From: an uncultured delta proteobacterium
GTDB lineage: Bacteria; Myxococcota; Kuafuiibacteriia; Kuafuiibacteriales; Kuafuiibacteriaceae
Direction: 5' to 3'
Assembly (NCBI GenBank): GCA_963803435.1
Contig: CAWDML010000005.1
Location: 128,001-192,000 of the forward strand
Length of the DNA stretch: 64,000 bases
Part shown: positions 20,567-31,194 of the stretch, piece by piece
How positions within the stretch are numbered: position 1 is the stretch's first letter
Layout of the letters: each line of letters starts with the position of its first letter
Position numbers and translations under genes: made by a program
The notes under the pieces: generated by a model
The model's database searches: none
Told to the model about the DNA's origin: nothing
The model's input: only the letters and a program-made list of their open reading frames with translations

Positions 20567-21898
20567 ATGGAAGTCGGCGTCTACAACGAGGTCGGCTGGC
20601 TCCGAAAGGTGCTGGTGCATACGCCGGGCGAGGAGATCGTGCGGATGACCCAGCACGAGCTCGATCGCCTGCTGTTCGACGACATTCTTTCACCCGCCGA
20701 GGCCGTCCGCGAGCACGAGATCCTGGTCCAAGTGCTCGAAGGCACCGGCGCCCAGGTGATCCAGTTCGCCGATCTCCTCCAGCGCGCCCTCGAGCAGGCG
20801 CCCCGAGCGGCGCTCGAGGCGATGCTCGGCCAGGTCGCCGAGCTCGCCGGCTCCAGCCAGCTCAGCGAGCTGCTCGCCGGCTGGCCCCCTCCGCAGCTCA
20901 CCGAGGGCCTCATCTCCGGCGTGTACTGGCACCAGCTCCAGGGACGCCGGTCGCTCGCGCGCATCCGCGCCGGCGTCTTCGGGACCGACACCATGGCGCT
21001 GTGGCCGGTGCCGAACCTGATGTTCATGCGCGACCCGTGCATGGCGGTGTTCGACGGCGTGGTGGTCGGCCGCATGGCGACCGAGGCGCGCGAGCGTGAG
21101 GCGCTCCTGGTCGCGTTCGCGCTGACCCACGGCTCGGCGGCCGGCGAGCCGCCGACAAAGCTGCTGTTCAACGAGCCCGACATCCGGCGTCATCGCTCGT
21201 TCCGCAAGCTCGAGGGCGGCGACGTCCTGGTGCTCTCGCCGAAGACCCTGCTCATCGGCTGCTCAGAGCGCACGAGCCCGCAGACGCTCGAGCGGCTCGC
21301 GCACGAGGCCCTCTTTCCCGCGGAGCCCGACCTCGCCAGCGTCTACGCGGTCCTCATGCCCGAGGGCCGCTCGGTGATGCACCTCGACACGATCCTCACG
21401 CAGCTCGACACGCACATCTTCCTCGGACATCGACCGCTGATCGAAGGCGTCCGGGACGGTGGTCGTTCCGGGAAGGCAGACCACGCGCCGGCCGCCATCG
21501 CGCGCCTCACCCGCGACCGCCCGCCCGAGCTGATCGAGCACGCCAGCGCCCTGGACGTGCTGCGCGAGGAGCTCGGCCGCTCGGTCGAGCTGGTGCCGTG
21601 CGGCGGCGACGATCCGCTCTATCAGGAGCGGGAGCAGTGGACCGACGGCGCCAACGCGGTCTGCCTGGCGCCGGGGCGGATCCTCCTCTACAGCCGCAAC
21701 GTCCGTACCATCGCCACGCTGGCGCGACACGGCTTCGAAGAGGTGAGGCTCTCGGTCGTCCAGCCGCCCGAGCAGCGCGCCGAGCTGATCGCCGAGGGGA
21801 TGAAGAAGGCGCGGGTGGTGTTCAGCTTCTCAGGGAGCGAGCTCAGCCGCGCCCGCGGCGGCGGTCGCTGCCTCACGATGCCGCTGCTGCGGCAGTGA
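20567..21898 (+). CDS. arcA: Arginine deiminase
   Basis: NEVGWLRKVLVHTPG, LLFDD, PNLMFMRD, LEGGD, MHLDT, REQWTDGAN, GSELSRARGGGRCLTMPL. Confidence 0.92.
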   Translation: MEVGVYNEVGWLRKVLVHTPGEEIVRMTQHELDRLLFDDILSPAEAVREHEILVQVLEGTGAQVIQFADLLQRALEQAPRAALEAMLGQVAELAGSSQLSELLAGWPPPQLTEGLISGVYWHQLQGRRSLARIRAGVFGTDTMALWPVPNLMFMRDPCMAVFDGVVVGRMATEAREREALLVAFALTHGSAAGEPPTKLLFNEPDIRRHRSFRKLEGGDVLVLSPKTLLIGCSERTSPQTLERLAHEALFPAEPDLASVYAVLMPEGRSVMHLDTILTQLDTHIFLGHRPLIEGVRDGGRSGKADHAPAAIARLTRDRPPELIEHASALDVLREELGRSVELVPCGGDDPLYQEREQWTDGANAVCLAPGRILLYSRNVRTIATLARHGFEEVRLSVVQPPEQRAELIAEGMKKARVVFSFSGSELSRARGGGRCLTMPLLRQ

Positions 21899-23803
21899 TC
21901 AGCCGTCGATCAGCGTGAAGCTGAAGCTCGCGCCCGGTCCGCCGACCGCGGAGACAAACCGGTCGATCTGGTCCGGCGGAAGGTTCTGACATCCGATCGA
22001 GCTCGGGCTACCCCAGAGGCCCACGTGAAACAGGATCTCGGAGACGCGATCACCGCGTCTCTTCGAGGCGCTCTTTTCGGCGCCGGAGTAGCGCCCGTCG
22101 TGATTCGTGTCCCGGAAGCCGGGGATCGCGTCCGAGCCCGTCGTCCGCGAGACGACGTGATAGCTCGGCTTGCCCTTGTGCGGACCGTTCGCGACCACGC
22201 GGTAGCTGCCGGGCCGGAGCATGCCGACGTCGCCCACGCCGTCGCCGTTGACGTCCGGTGACAGGCTGGAGCTGCTCTGACCGGGGTGCGTGGATCCCGT
22301 GAACATTCGAACCTTGTGATTCGCGGTGAGCACGATGAACCGGTCGCCGTAGCGCGTCGAGGCGCCGCCGACGTGCCGGATCCCCAGCACGGTCGGCTGG
22401 CCGCCCGGGTTCACGGCTCCCCCGTGGGCGAGGACCACCTTCGCATAGTGGTCCCACTGGCGCCGCATCTTGCTCTTCGGATGGAGCATCCTGCCCAGCA
22501 CCGCGCCCACGCCGTCGGCCTTGGCCATCTTGAAGTCGTGGCGCGCCTCATCGGCGGCGCTCTCGGTCTTCGGAGTGTAGATCCCGTCGACCGGACCGGG
22601 ATGGTACCCGTCGTCGCGGAGATGCTCCTCGGTGATCAGCACGTCGTGCGATCGCTCGTTGAGGTCCTGCTTCGGCGTGTACGCCCCGGTCGCCGGCATT
22701 CTGGCCTCTTGGAGCTGGATCCAGGTGTCGCGGTCGACGCGGCCGGTCGGGGTGAGGCCGACGCTCTCCTGGAACGCCTTCACCATGCCCTCGGTGCGGT
22801 CGTCGTAGACACCGTCGGCGCGCTTGGGATCGAAGCCGGCGTCGCGTAGATAGCGCTGCACGTTCGCGACCGCGGACTTGTTGGTCGCGCCCAGACCGAG
22901 CCCCTTCACGCCGTTGCGATCCGGCTTCGTGGTCGCGCGCAGCGTCGCCGCGTTCGCGCTCTGCTGCCTCTTCGTCAGTCGCGCGCGCGTATGATACGCG
23001 GGGTGCGCGGTCGCCTGGACCTCGCGGCGAAGAACGGCGCGCGCCTTCTTGGTCAGCATCGGGGTGCGGCCCTTCAACTCCGGCTGATCCCGCTCGAAGG
23101 CGACCGTCGCCCGGCCGGTCTCGGGACCGAAGATCCCGTCGGTGGGGCACACGTATCCCAAATGGTTGAGGAATCTCTGAGCCTCCAGGACGTGCGGGCC
23201 CGCCTGTCCCGGCCCGAGCGATCCGGACAGCCGCTCGAGACGGCTCTCGACCTTGGCGAGCTCCTGCATCGTTCTCCGATCGAGCTCGCCGGTGGGATCG
23301 AGGCCGACCGCCTGCTGGAACTGCGCGAGCGCGAGCGCGGTGTTCGCGGTCGCGTCGCCGTCCGCCTTCCCAGGATGGAAGCCGGCACGCATGAGGATCT
23401 TCTCGGCGCGCTTGATATCGCGCTTGCTCGCGATCTGCTCCGTCGTCACGGCAGCGCTCGTCGCCGCCCTCACGCTGTACAGGGGCGAGGCTTCACCGCC
23501 GGGATCTGGGAGCTTGAGCCAGGGGGGCAGGGCGGTCTGGATGCCCATCGATTCGGCGCTGCGAACGATCGCATGGTCGTTGTTCGCTGCCTTGGTGGGT
23601 GGAGCGCCTGAAGACGTGGGGTGGGCGGCGACGGCGACGCCGGTTGCCGTGAGGCCCAACCCGGCGGCAGCACCGCCTGCGATCCGGGCTCCGCGCGGCA
23701 GGTCGAAGAACAAGCGCTTCGACCTCGAGGTGTCGTTGAAGCGCTCGACCTCGCTGGGATCCGGCAGCTCGGGTGTCGAACCGACACGTGAAATCCGTCG
23801 CAT
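21899..23803 (-). CDS. Multi peptidoglycan-binding-domain protein with YkuD/L,D-transpeptidase-like C-terminus
   Basis: Four PGBD-like repeats (DGIFGPETGRATVAF, DGVYDDRTEGMVKAFQ, VDGIYTPKT); ILFHVG..SSIGCQ. Confidence 0.75.
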   Translation of the reverse strand: MRRISRVGSTPELPDPSEVERFNDTSRSKRLFFDLPRGARIAGGAAAGLGLTATGVAVAAHPTSSGAPPTKAANNDHAIVRSAESMGIQTALPPWLKLPDPGGEASPLYSVRAATSAAVTTEQIASKRDIKRAEKILMRAGFHPGKADGDATANTALALAQFQQAVGLDPTGELDRRTMQELAKVESRLERLSGSLGPGQAGPHVLEAQRFLNHLGYVCPTDGIFGPETGRATVAFERDQPELKGRTPMLTKKARAVLRREVQATAHPAYHTRARLTKRQQSANAATLRATTKPDRNGVKGLGLGATNKSAVANVQRYLRDAGFDPKRADGVYDDRTEGMVKAFQESVGLTPTGRVDRDTWIQLQEARMPATGAYTPKQDLNERSHDVLITEEHLRDDGYHPGPVDGIYTPKTESAADEARHDFKMAKADGVGAVLGRMLHPKSKMRRQWDHYAKVVLAHGGAVNPGGQPTVLGIRHVGGASTRYGDRFIVLTANHKVRMFTGSTHPGQSSSSLSPDVNGDGVGDVGMLRPGSYRVVANGPHKGKPSYHVVSRTTGSDAIPGFRDTNHDGRYSGAEKSASKRRGDRVSEILFHVGLWGSPSSIGCQNLPPDQIDRFVSAVGGPGASFSFTLIDG

Positions 23804-23910
23804 GGCTAACGCGTGTATCGGCCCACAGAAGCTTCGGCCCGCGCTAATTCGGTGGGCCGTTCGCACGACGGAATGGACCCGTGTTCCTGTCAGTCCACGG
23901 TGGATCGAGA

Positions 23911-24522
23911 TCAGTTCTCAGGCGCGCCGTCGGCAATCCAGCGCCGGATCGTCTCGATGTCGCAGGCGGTCAGCGGTGCGGTCGGCGGCATCGGACCGCC
24001 GTTCCCGCGCGGGTTTCGCTGCGCGACGATCACGTACAACCGCGACTGCGCCGGGTCGCCGGGGACCACGAGCTTTCGCTCGGGCGCGTTGGGGTCCACG
24101 GTGTCGCCCAGGAGCGCGAGGCGAAGGCTCGCCAAAGGAATCGTGAGGTTGATGCCGCCGGCGGCGCTGGCGCCGTGGCAGGCGGCCTGGTCGCAGCTCG
24201 GCTGACCGTTGGCGCCGAAGATGCGCGTCTGGATCTTGCTCAGCTCTGGCGGCACCGCGCAGACCGGTCCGGCGTCGACCTCGGCGGCGTCCGGCGGCTC
24301 CTCGAGGCCGGCGTCGTCGATCGCAGCGTCGACCTCGGTCCCGGCGTCCTCCGCCGGCGGCCGTCCCGCGTCGGGCACGGGCATCGCGCACTTCCCGTCG
24401 ATGCAGGCGAGGCCGGGGAGGCAGTTGCTGTCGTTCGGGCAGGCGTATCCGACGGTCCCGGTCGGGATGTCGTTCGCGCATCCCAGAGCGAGGGCGAGGA
24501 GAACGAGGGCACGGCGCGGCAC
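23911..24522 (-). CDS. Lipoprotein with Cys-rich motif and atypical heme c motif
   Basis: Lipobox LALGC; C-x4-C-x5-C-x4-C; CDQAACH; VVPGDPAQSRL..MPP..IRRWIADGA; start uncertain. Confidence 0.7.
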   Translation of the reverse strand: MPRRALVLLALALGCANDIPTGTVGYACPNDSNCLPGLACIDGKCAMPVPDAGRPPAEDAGTEVDAAIDDAGLEEPPDAAEVDAGPVCAVPPELSKIQTRIFGANGQPSCDQAACHGASAAGGINLTIPLASLRLALLGDTVDPNAPERKLVVPGDPAQSRLYVIVAQRNPRGNGGPMPPTAPLTACDIETIRRWIADGAPEN

Positions 24523-24575
24523 GCTGTCCGAGAGTGACCGGGCGCGCTGCACCCGGCAAGTGGGACCGGCACGAA

Positions 24576-26963
24576 TCAGTCCTTGGGGTGGGAGGCGATC
24601 AGGGAGGTGATGCTCTCGCGGAATCGGAGATCCGCGGGCGTCTCGTCCCGGTCGTCATAACGTTTCTCGAGGCGGTCGGCGGTGATGAGGAGGGCGGGGA
24701 GCAGGAGAAGATCGAGCGCGACCGCGTAGCCCACCATGATCGCCGAGAGCATGCCGATCCGGAAGGTCGGCTTGAACGACGAGAGGCAGAGCACCGAGAA
24801 CCCGACCGCCAGTAGCAGGGAGGTCATCACGACCGGGAAGCCCGCATGCGTGATCGCGTACTGGACGGCCGCGGCGGGGGTCGGTGAGCCCTCCTCTCGA
24901 GCACGCTGGTAGCGCGTGGCCAGGTGGATCGTGTGGTCGACGGCCACCGCGATCCCGAGGCAGACGATCATGGCGCTGTTGGTGTCGAGCTCGAGCCGGA
25001 GCGCCGCCATGGTTCCGAAGGTGAGGCCGACGATCAGGATGATCGGAATCATCGCGGCGCCGGCCATGGCCGGGCTGCGGAGCGCGATCATCAACGCGAC
25101 AAAGATCAGGACGACCGCGATCGAGAAGCTCGAGAAGGCCTCGTCGATCAGGCGCGTGACGATCCCCGCGAAGAGGATCGGGAGGCCGGTGAAGTGCGCC
25201 GACAGGCCCGAGCCGGCCAGGACACGCTCGGCCTCGCTGCGGGCCGAACGCTCGAGGGCCAGGACCTCCTCGGTCGACATCGAGTGGACCTGCATCGTGA
25301 TCCGCGCCTGGTTCAGCTCCGGGTTGGTCAGCGTCGAGAAGGCGGTGGGATCGAGGAGCGCGAGCTGCGCGATCGCCTCCTCGGACTCGGGGAGCGGCCC
25401 GTTGAGATCGGCCGGATTGCCCCGGACGACCGAGTGCGTCAGCCGAACGTAGTCCGAGAGGCTGAAGACGCGGGAGACCCCCTCGAAGCGCCGCAGGCGC
25501 TGGGAGAGCAGATCGATCTTCGCGAGGCCGGCCGGTTTTTTGAAGGCGTCCTCGTCCGGTGCGTTCACGAGGACGTCGATGACGTCGACGCCGCCGAGCG
25601 TCCGTTCGATGACGGCGAGATCGCGACGGACGCGCTGATCGCTGTCGAGATACCGGACGAAGTTGGAGTCGATCGCGAGGTGCGCGGTGGCCGCCACGCA
25701 GCAGCCGAACACCAGCCCGGCCACTCCCACGGTCACCAGGAGGTGCCGGTGCCCCATCACGGCGAAGCGCCGCATGGCCCGGCCGAGGAGCGGCGCGGCC
25801 GGGAACGCCCGCACCTTGGCGCGCGGATATCGCAGCACCATCACCATCAGCGGCGTGAGCAGCATCGAGCTGACGTACGCGACCACCAGGCCGATCGCGG
25901 TGGCGTACCCGAACTGCCGCAGCGGCCCGACGCGGCTCGACATCAGCGCCAGAAAGCCGACCGAAGAGGTGACCGCAGTCAGGAGGCTCGGCAGCGCGAC
26001 CGCCTCCACGGTGGCCAGCACCGACGCTCTCCGATCGCCCTTGCGGGCGAACTGTCGCTTGAGCTCGGCCAGGAAGTGGACGCAGTCGGCGAGCCCGACC
26101 ACCAGGATGATGGTGGGGACCATCGCGGTCGCCATGTTGAGGGGTGTGCCGGCGAACGCGAGCATCCCCACGACGGCCACCGCCGAGTAGCCGACCACCG
26201 CCAGCGGGATGAGGCCGGCGATCAGGTCGTTGAAGCTGATCCAGAGGAGCACGGCCAGCAGGATCAGGGCCGCCGGGAAGAAGAGGAGGATGTCGTGCCG
26301 AACCCCCGCTGCGATCGCCTCGCGGGTCACCGGCGTTCCGGCGAGGTGGACGGAGCGATGCTTCGAGGCGAAGCGGTCGACCTCTTCCCGGACGTCACGG
26401 ACCACCGCGAGACGCGCCGCCGGATTGGTCTCAGGGGCGAGCTGGACGAAGATGAACGTGGTCTCGTGGCGGCTGTCCACCAGGACCTGGCTGTAGACGG
26501 GGTGGCTCTGGATCTTGGTGCCCAGCTCGATCGCCACCGACTGCGTGATCGGATCGTGCGGCAGCAGCGGGCGGAGATCGACGACGTCCTTGTCCTTGCC
26601 CAGCGCCGTCGCGCTCGCGATCGAGAGGACGCGCTCGACGTACTTCTTGTCGCTGAGCACGCGATCGAGCTCGGCGACGGCGCTGACCGTCTCGACGTCG
26701 AAGACGGTGCCCCCCGGCTCGCGGAACGCGATCACGATCGTCTCGCCAATCTCGTACTCGCGATCGACCTTCTGGTATTGGAGCCATCCGGGATCGCGGT
26801 CGAGGTACGATTCGGGGCTCGGATCGATCCGCACCGCGGTGGCGCCGCCGAACGCGACGGCGATCGTGAAGGCCGCGATCAGCCCGGTGGCACCCGGATG
26901 ATCCATGCACCACCGCGACGCTCTTCCGATTTGCTTCGCGTACTCTTGACCCGAAAACGTCAC
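24576..26963 (-). CDS. MMPL/RND family transporter
   Basis: Two repeats: VGLADCVHF..LTAVTSSVGFLAL and GIAVAVDHTIHL..MTSLLLAVGFSVL. Confidence 0.9.
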   Translation of the reverse strand: MTFSGQEYAKQIGRASRWCMDHPGATGLIAAFTIAVAFGGATAVRIDPSPESYLDRDPGWLQYQKVDREYEIGETIVIAFREPGGTVFDVETVSAVAELDRVLSDKKYVERVLSIASATALGKDKDVVDLRPLLPHDPITQSVAIELGTKIQSHPVYSQVLVDSRHETTFIFVQLAPETNPAARLAVVRDVREEVDRFASKHRSVHLAGTPVTREAIAAGVRHDILLFFPAALILLAVLLWISFNDLIAGLIPLAVVGYSAVAVVGMLAFAGTPLNMATAMVPTIILVVGLADCVHFLAELKRQFARKGDRRASVLATVEAVALPSLLTAVTSSVGFLALMSSRVGPLRQFGYATAIGLVVAYVSSMLLTPLMVMVLRYPRAKVRAFPAAPLLGRAMRRFAVMGHRHLLVTVGVAGLVFGCCVAATAHLAIDSNFVRYLDSDQRVRRDLAVIERTLGGVDVIDVLVNAPDEDAFKKPAGLAKIDLLSQRLRRFEGVSRVFSLSDYVRLTHSVVRGNPADLNGPLPESEEAIAQLALLDPTAFSTLTNPELNQARITMQVHSMSTEEVLALERSARSEAERVLAGSGLSAHFTGLPILFAGIVTRLIDEAFSSFSIAVVLIFVALMIALRSPAMAGAAMIPIILIVGLTFGTMAALRLELDTNSAMIVCLGIAVAVDHTIHLATRYQRAREEGSPTPAAAVQYAITHAGFPVVMTSLLLAVGFSVLCLSSFKPTFRIGMLSAIMVGYAVALDLLLLPALLITADRLEKRYDDRDETPADLRFRESITSLIASHPKD

Positions 26964-27093
26964 AGCTCAGCCGGGGCGAAAAAAGCGCCCCATTGTCGTC
27001 CTGTGCATCGTTGGCGAAACGGACGTTGGGAGGCTAGACGCGCGTTCAGCGTGGCCCGATCCGGTGGTAACCTACGACAAAGCCCGGGCGGCC

Positions 27094-28428
27094 TCAGGCC
27101 TTCTTCTTCCGGAACTGCACCCGGACCGGCCGCGGCTCGCGCTCGGCATAGGGAATGGCGAGCTGGACGATGCCGATCACCATGGGCGCGAGGCCGGCCA
27201 GCCGGCCGACACCCTCGAGTGTGACGAACCAGAAGATCGCAACCACGATGGCATAGACCGACCAGAGCTTGGTGCCGAACGCCTTGCCCTCCTTGCGAGC
27301 ACGGGCCCGCGCGCGGGCCGCCAGCCACAGCAGGAACCAGGACTCGGGCGTGTAGATGAGCGGCGTGAGGCCGAGGAGGATGCAGAGGAAGACGTCGGTG
27401 CCGCTGGCGCGGTGATCGGTGCCGGGAATGAGGACCGCGTCGTCGGCGGCGACGAAGCCCAGATCGACCAGCGACTCGCGCCCGCGCTCGTAGGAGGCGC
27501 GGACGAGGAACGACTTCTCCGGGATGGCCACGTCGCTCTCGTTCAGCTCGAACGCGATCGTGCCGTCGGGATCGAGCGGCTGCGAGTAGGTGGCGACGAA
27601 CGAGGAGCGCTGTTTCGGGTGCATCTCCCACGAGCGCGTGTCCCAGACCGTGCGGAGGGTCGACGGTGCGAGGGGCGTGTCGCCCAGCAGGTAGAAGGAG
27701 GCCGGCGGCGTGCGGAGCCATGGATAGTCGAGCCCCATCTGTGGATAGATCGGCGAGGGCGCCGTGAAGTCGTAGCGGATCGGTCCGAGCCGGGCGCGCT
27801 GGCCGTCGGTGGGCGCCGGATCGGTGACCGCGACGCCGACGATCTGCCAATCGCGGTTGAGATAGCGGGCGATCTCGCGCTTCTGGTCGTCGTCCATCGT
27901 CAGGTCCTGCTCGACCAGCCAGCGGGCGAGTCCCTCCGGCAGCTGGAGCTCGAACGTGATCGTGGAGGTGGTGACGCGGCCGCCGAATACGCGCGGATCC
28001 TCGAAAACGGTGTCTCGCTGCGGCTCGGGCGTGTCCTCTTCCGGCGGCATTCGATCGGCCAGGCGATGCGTCAGCACGGTCACGACCGACGGTCCGAAGA
28101 GGTTCCCGCGGATCTGCTCGTTGAAGGGCTCCTCGACCACGGTGTTCTTCTCGAGGGCCTCAAACAAGGCCGCGCGTCCGCCCTGGACCTGGGGCGTCAC
28201 CGGGAAGGCGCGGAACCACAGGAAGCGCGGCGCCGTCGAGGTGATCTCGACGCTCTCGATCAGGGTCTCGTGCATGCCGTGGTGAACGACGATCACCCGG
28301 CGCGCCAGCGGGACGACGCTCTCACCTCTTCTCGCGACGAAGAGATCCGCGTTCGCCGTGGCGGGCAACGACAGCACCGAGAGCGCCGCGAGGACGAACG
28401 TGGGTCCCGAGCGTGGCAATTTGGACAA
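27094..28428 (-). CDS. Exported/membrane protein, DUF2330-like
   Basis: Signal peptide; RVIVVHHGMHETLI..FLWFRAFPVTPQV..ALFEALE..LARWL..IARYL; C-terminal TMs; start uncertain. Confidence 0.55.
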   Translation of the reverse strand: MSKLPRSGPTFVLAALSVLSLPATANADLFVARRGESVVPLARRVIVVHHGMHETLIESVEITSTAPRFLWFRAFPVTPQVQGGRAALFEALEKNTVVEEPFNEQIRGNLFGPSVVTVLTHRLADRMPPEEDTPEPQRDTVFEDPRVFGGRVTTSTITFELQLPEGLARWLVEQDLTMDDDQKREIARYLNRDWQIVGVAVTDPAPTDGQRARLGPIRYDFTAPSPIYPQMGLDYPWLRTPPASFYLLGDTPLAPSTLRTVWDTRSWEMHPKQRSSFVATYSQPLDPDGTIAFELNESDVAIPEKSFLVRASYERGRESLVDLGFVAADDAVLIPGTDHRASGTDVFLCILLGLTPLIYTPESWFLLWLAARARARARKEGKAFGTKLWSVYAIVVAIFWFVTLEGVGRLAGLAPMVIGIVQLAIPYAEREPRPVRVQFRKKKA

Positions 28429-28632
28429 AGCTAGCCCCACCAGGACTTGGGGTCCAAAAAGGGATGGAGTCTCATTCGCGGGTAAACCCATCTTATCCCG
28501 ATGCGCCGCCGTTCCGATACCTGGGTAGGCAGCGACCCACCAGGTGAGGAAGGCGCGCGTTTCGTCCAACTCCCCCGGGCAGGGAAGATGTCTTCACAGG
28601 CGCAAGTTGGAATCAGTGAGGGCGACGGTCAG

Positions 28633-28884
28633 ATGGATGCATTGAGCGAGATGAACCCCGAGGGGCCGGAGGAGGGCTGGCCGGTGCAGCGACTCCGGAT
28701 GGGGTGGGCGCTCGTGCTGTTCTTCGTCTTCGAGATTCTGATCGGTCGCAGCCTCCCGCAGATCATGCCGATTCTCGCCCTCGCCATCGGTGTTGTCTGT
28801 CTTGCGTCGGCGATGATGACGATCCGCGAGCGCCGGCTCGACGCCCGGATCGCGGAGCGCGTCGACGCGCTCGATCGCAGCTAG
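28633..28884 (+). CDS. Small 2-TM membrane protein
   Basis: Two hydrophobic segments; stop TAG lies within the CTAG at the IS630 junction. Confidence 0.55.
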   Translation: MDALSEMNPEGPEEGWPVQRLRMGWALVLFFVFEILIGRSLPQIMPILALAIGVVCLASAMMTIRERRLDARIAERVDALDRS

Positions 28885-30066
28885 TCAGCCGGGTCCGAAA
28901 TCTCTAGCGTGTAGATCCTTTGTGTGATCTACGTGGTTCGTGGGGGCGAACAAAGGACCTCGAAAAACGGAGATCACGCTGACTGACGACGAACAGCGCG
29001 AGCTCGAACGATTGACTCGTCGCGTGCGGTCGAATCGACAGCTGGCACTTCGCGCGAAACTGGTGCTGAGCAGTTCCACTGGCGCGACCGATGCGGCGGT
29101 GGCGCGGAACCATCACGTGTCTCACCACACCGTTCGTCTGTGGAGAAGGCGGTTTGCGGAGTGCCGTCTCGAGGGGCTGTACGACCAGCCTCGCGTCGGC
29201 GCTCCGCGAAAGATCAGTGATGATCAGGTTGAAGAGATCGTGGTGCAAACGCTGGAAACGACGCCGAAGGGCCGTACGCATTGGAGCACGCGGAAGATGG
29301 CAAAGAATGCCGGGGTGAGCGCCAGTAGCGTCGGACGGATCTGGCGGGCGCATGGCCTCAAGCCCCACGTCGTTCGCGGTTTCAAGTTGTCGAACGATCC
29401 GCAGTTCATCTCGAAGATTCGCGACGTCGTCGGTCTGTACATGAGCCCGCCCGACAACGCTGTCGTGTTCTCCTTCGACGAGAAGCCGCAGGTCCAGGCG
29501 CTGGAGCGTGCTCAACCGATCCTTCCGATGGATCTCGGGATGCCCGAGCGACAGACCCACAACTACATCCGCCACGGAACGCTCGACCTCTTCGCCGCCC
29601 TCAACGTCGCCACGGGCAAGGTCATCGCGCAGACCAAGGCACGACACCGAGCGAAGGACTTCGTCGCATTCCTCGGGACGATCGACAACGCGGTAGAGCC
29701 GGAACTTGACGTTCACGTCATCCTCGACAACCTCGCGACGCACAAGACTCCACAGGTTAAGAGGTGGCTGCTACGCAATCCGCGCTTCCAGCTCCACTTC
29801 ACACCAACCTATTCCTCATGGCTAAACCTGGTGGAACGGTTCTTCGCACTGCTGACCGAGGAAGCACTCACTCGCGGCTCCCACACCAGCGTCCCGGTAC
29901 TTCGCAAGGCGATCGTCGACTACGTCGAAGTGCACAACGAAGAAGGCAAGCCCTTCGTATGGACGAAGACGGCCGACGAGATCCTCGACAAGATCATGGA
30001 TTTCGGCAGACGCACAAAGCAGGTCCACCGCGGATAAATGCGCTAGAAATCAGTGATCCAGCTGAC
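28884..30066 (+). mobile_element. IS630 family insertion sequence, apparently intact
   Basis: 26-bp imperfect TIRs (28884-28909 vs 30041-30066, 19/26 by eye), TA (CTAG) on both sides. Confidence 0.92.
28940..30037 (+). CDS. IS630 transposase
   Basis: THWSTRKMA, FDEKPQVQAL, YIRHGT, ILDNLATHK, TPTYSSWLNLVERFF. Confidence 0.96.
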   Translation: MGANKGPRKTEITLTDDEQRELERLTRRVRSNRQLALRAKLVLSSSTGATDAAVARNHHVSHHTVRLWRRRFAECRLEGLYDQPRVGAPRKISDDQVEEIVVQTLETTPKGRTHWSTRKMAKNAGVSASSVGRIWRAHGLKPHVVRGFKLSNDPQFISKIRDVVGLYMSPPDNAVVFSFDEKPQVQALERAQPILPMDLGMPERQTHNYIRHGTLDLFAALNVATGKVIAQTKARHRAKDFVAFLGTIDNAVEPELDVHVILDNLATHKTPQVKRWLLRNPRFQLHFTPTYSSWLNLVERFFALLTEEALTRGSHTSVPVLRKAIVDYVEVHNEEGKPFVWTKTADEILDKIMDFGRRTKQVHRG

Positions 30067-30155
30067 TAGGAGCGTGTAGCGCGTAAGCGCTCACGCGACC
30101 CCGGTCCGGGTCCCGGTCCCGGTCCGGGTCCCGATCTGAAGATGGCTGCCTTGAG

Positions 30156-31165
30156 TCAGACGCTCGCGACGGTCGCGAGCTTCGATCGGTAGAGCTTGAG
30201 CAGGTTGTGGGTGAGGCAGACGAGCGTCCCCTCGGCTCGTACCTTGAAGAAGGAGCGGAGCGAGAACCGGCGGAATCCTCGTGCCGCTTTGATCTGTCCG
30301 AGCGCCGGTTCGACGATACTCTTCCTGCGGGGGTAGACCGCCTTGCCGTCGCGCGTTTGCAACTTGTCGCGCATTCGCTTGCGAGCGAGGAGGCAGGTGT
30401 GGGCTCCGAAGCTGATGAGGACGGAGTCGACGCGTCTTGGTTCTGTTCGGGTCCAACAGCGATGTGGGCATCGATCTGATTGTTGTCGCAGAATTCGATG
30501 TTGGTCGCGCTCAGATAGCCGTTGTCTGCCGTCATCTTCCGCGGAGCATCGCCGCAGTTGCCGAACACATCACGGAGCATCGGGACGAGGTGTTGCTGAT
30601 CAGGTGCCTGGTTGCTGACCCCTTCGGCGACAATCACCTGAGCGTGCTCATCTACGACAACTTGGGCATTGTAGGCCTGGAGGTACGCTCCCTCCTTCAA
30701 CATGATCCTGCTGTCTGAGTCGGTGAAGTTCCTCTGAGCGTTGGGCCTCGGTGTGCCGTCCACATTTGCAGGAACGCGATGATGCGGCCATCCATCACTT
30801 CGTTCAGTTGGGTCTGGGGATGGTTCGAGCTGGTCAGCCTGCGCTCTTGCCTTCTCGGCTCGAGTTCTCGTCTCGCTTCTGCTCCACCCGATCCACAAGA
30901 GCATCATCCGCTTTGCTCTGCTGCTCTTCGGCTTGCCTGCGCAATTTCTCCGCGCGAGCCCTGGCGGCAGCCTGTTCCAGCGCAGCCTTAACTTCTTGAA
31001 TGCGGGCAAGGCGGGATTCACGGCGAGCGAGCTCCGCTGCTCGGCCATCCGCTCGTAGGTCATCGCCTTGTGCTTGCTCGCGTTCGCCTGCACCTTCGCG
31101 TCGAAGTCGATCCGCCCAACGATCGATTCCAGACGAAACGACCTCCAAGAACTCCTGCTGGTCAA
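30156..31165 (-). pseudogene. IS1182 family transposase, N-terminally deleted and frameshifted
   Basis: KVQANASKHKAMTYERM, QRNFTDSDSRIM, QAYNAQ, ADNGYLS, RRKSIVEPALGQIK..GFRRF..HNLLKL. Confidence 0.9.
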
Positions 31166-31194
31166 AGTGGACGAGCTACCGCAAGCTAGCTTGC

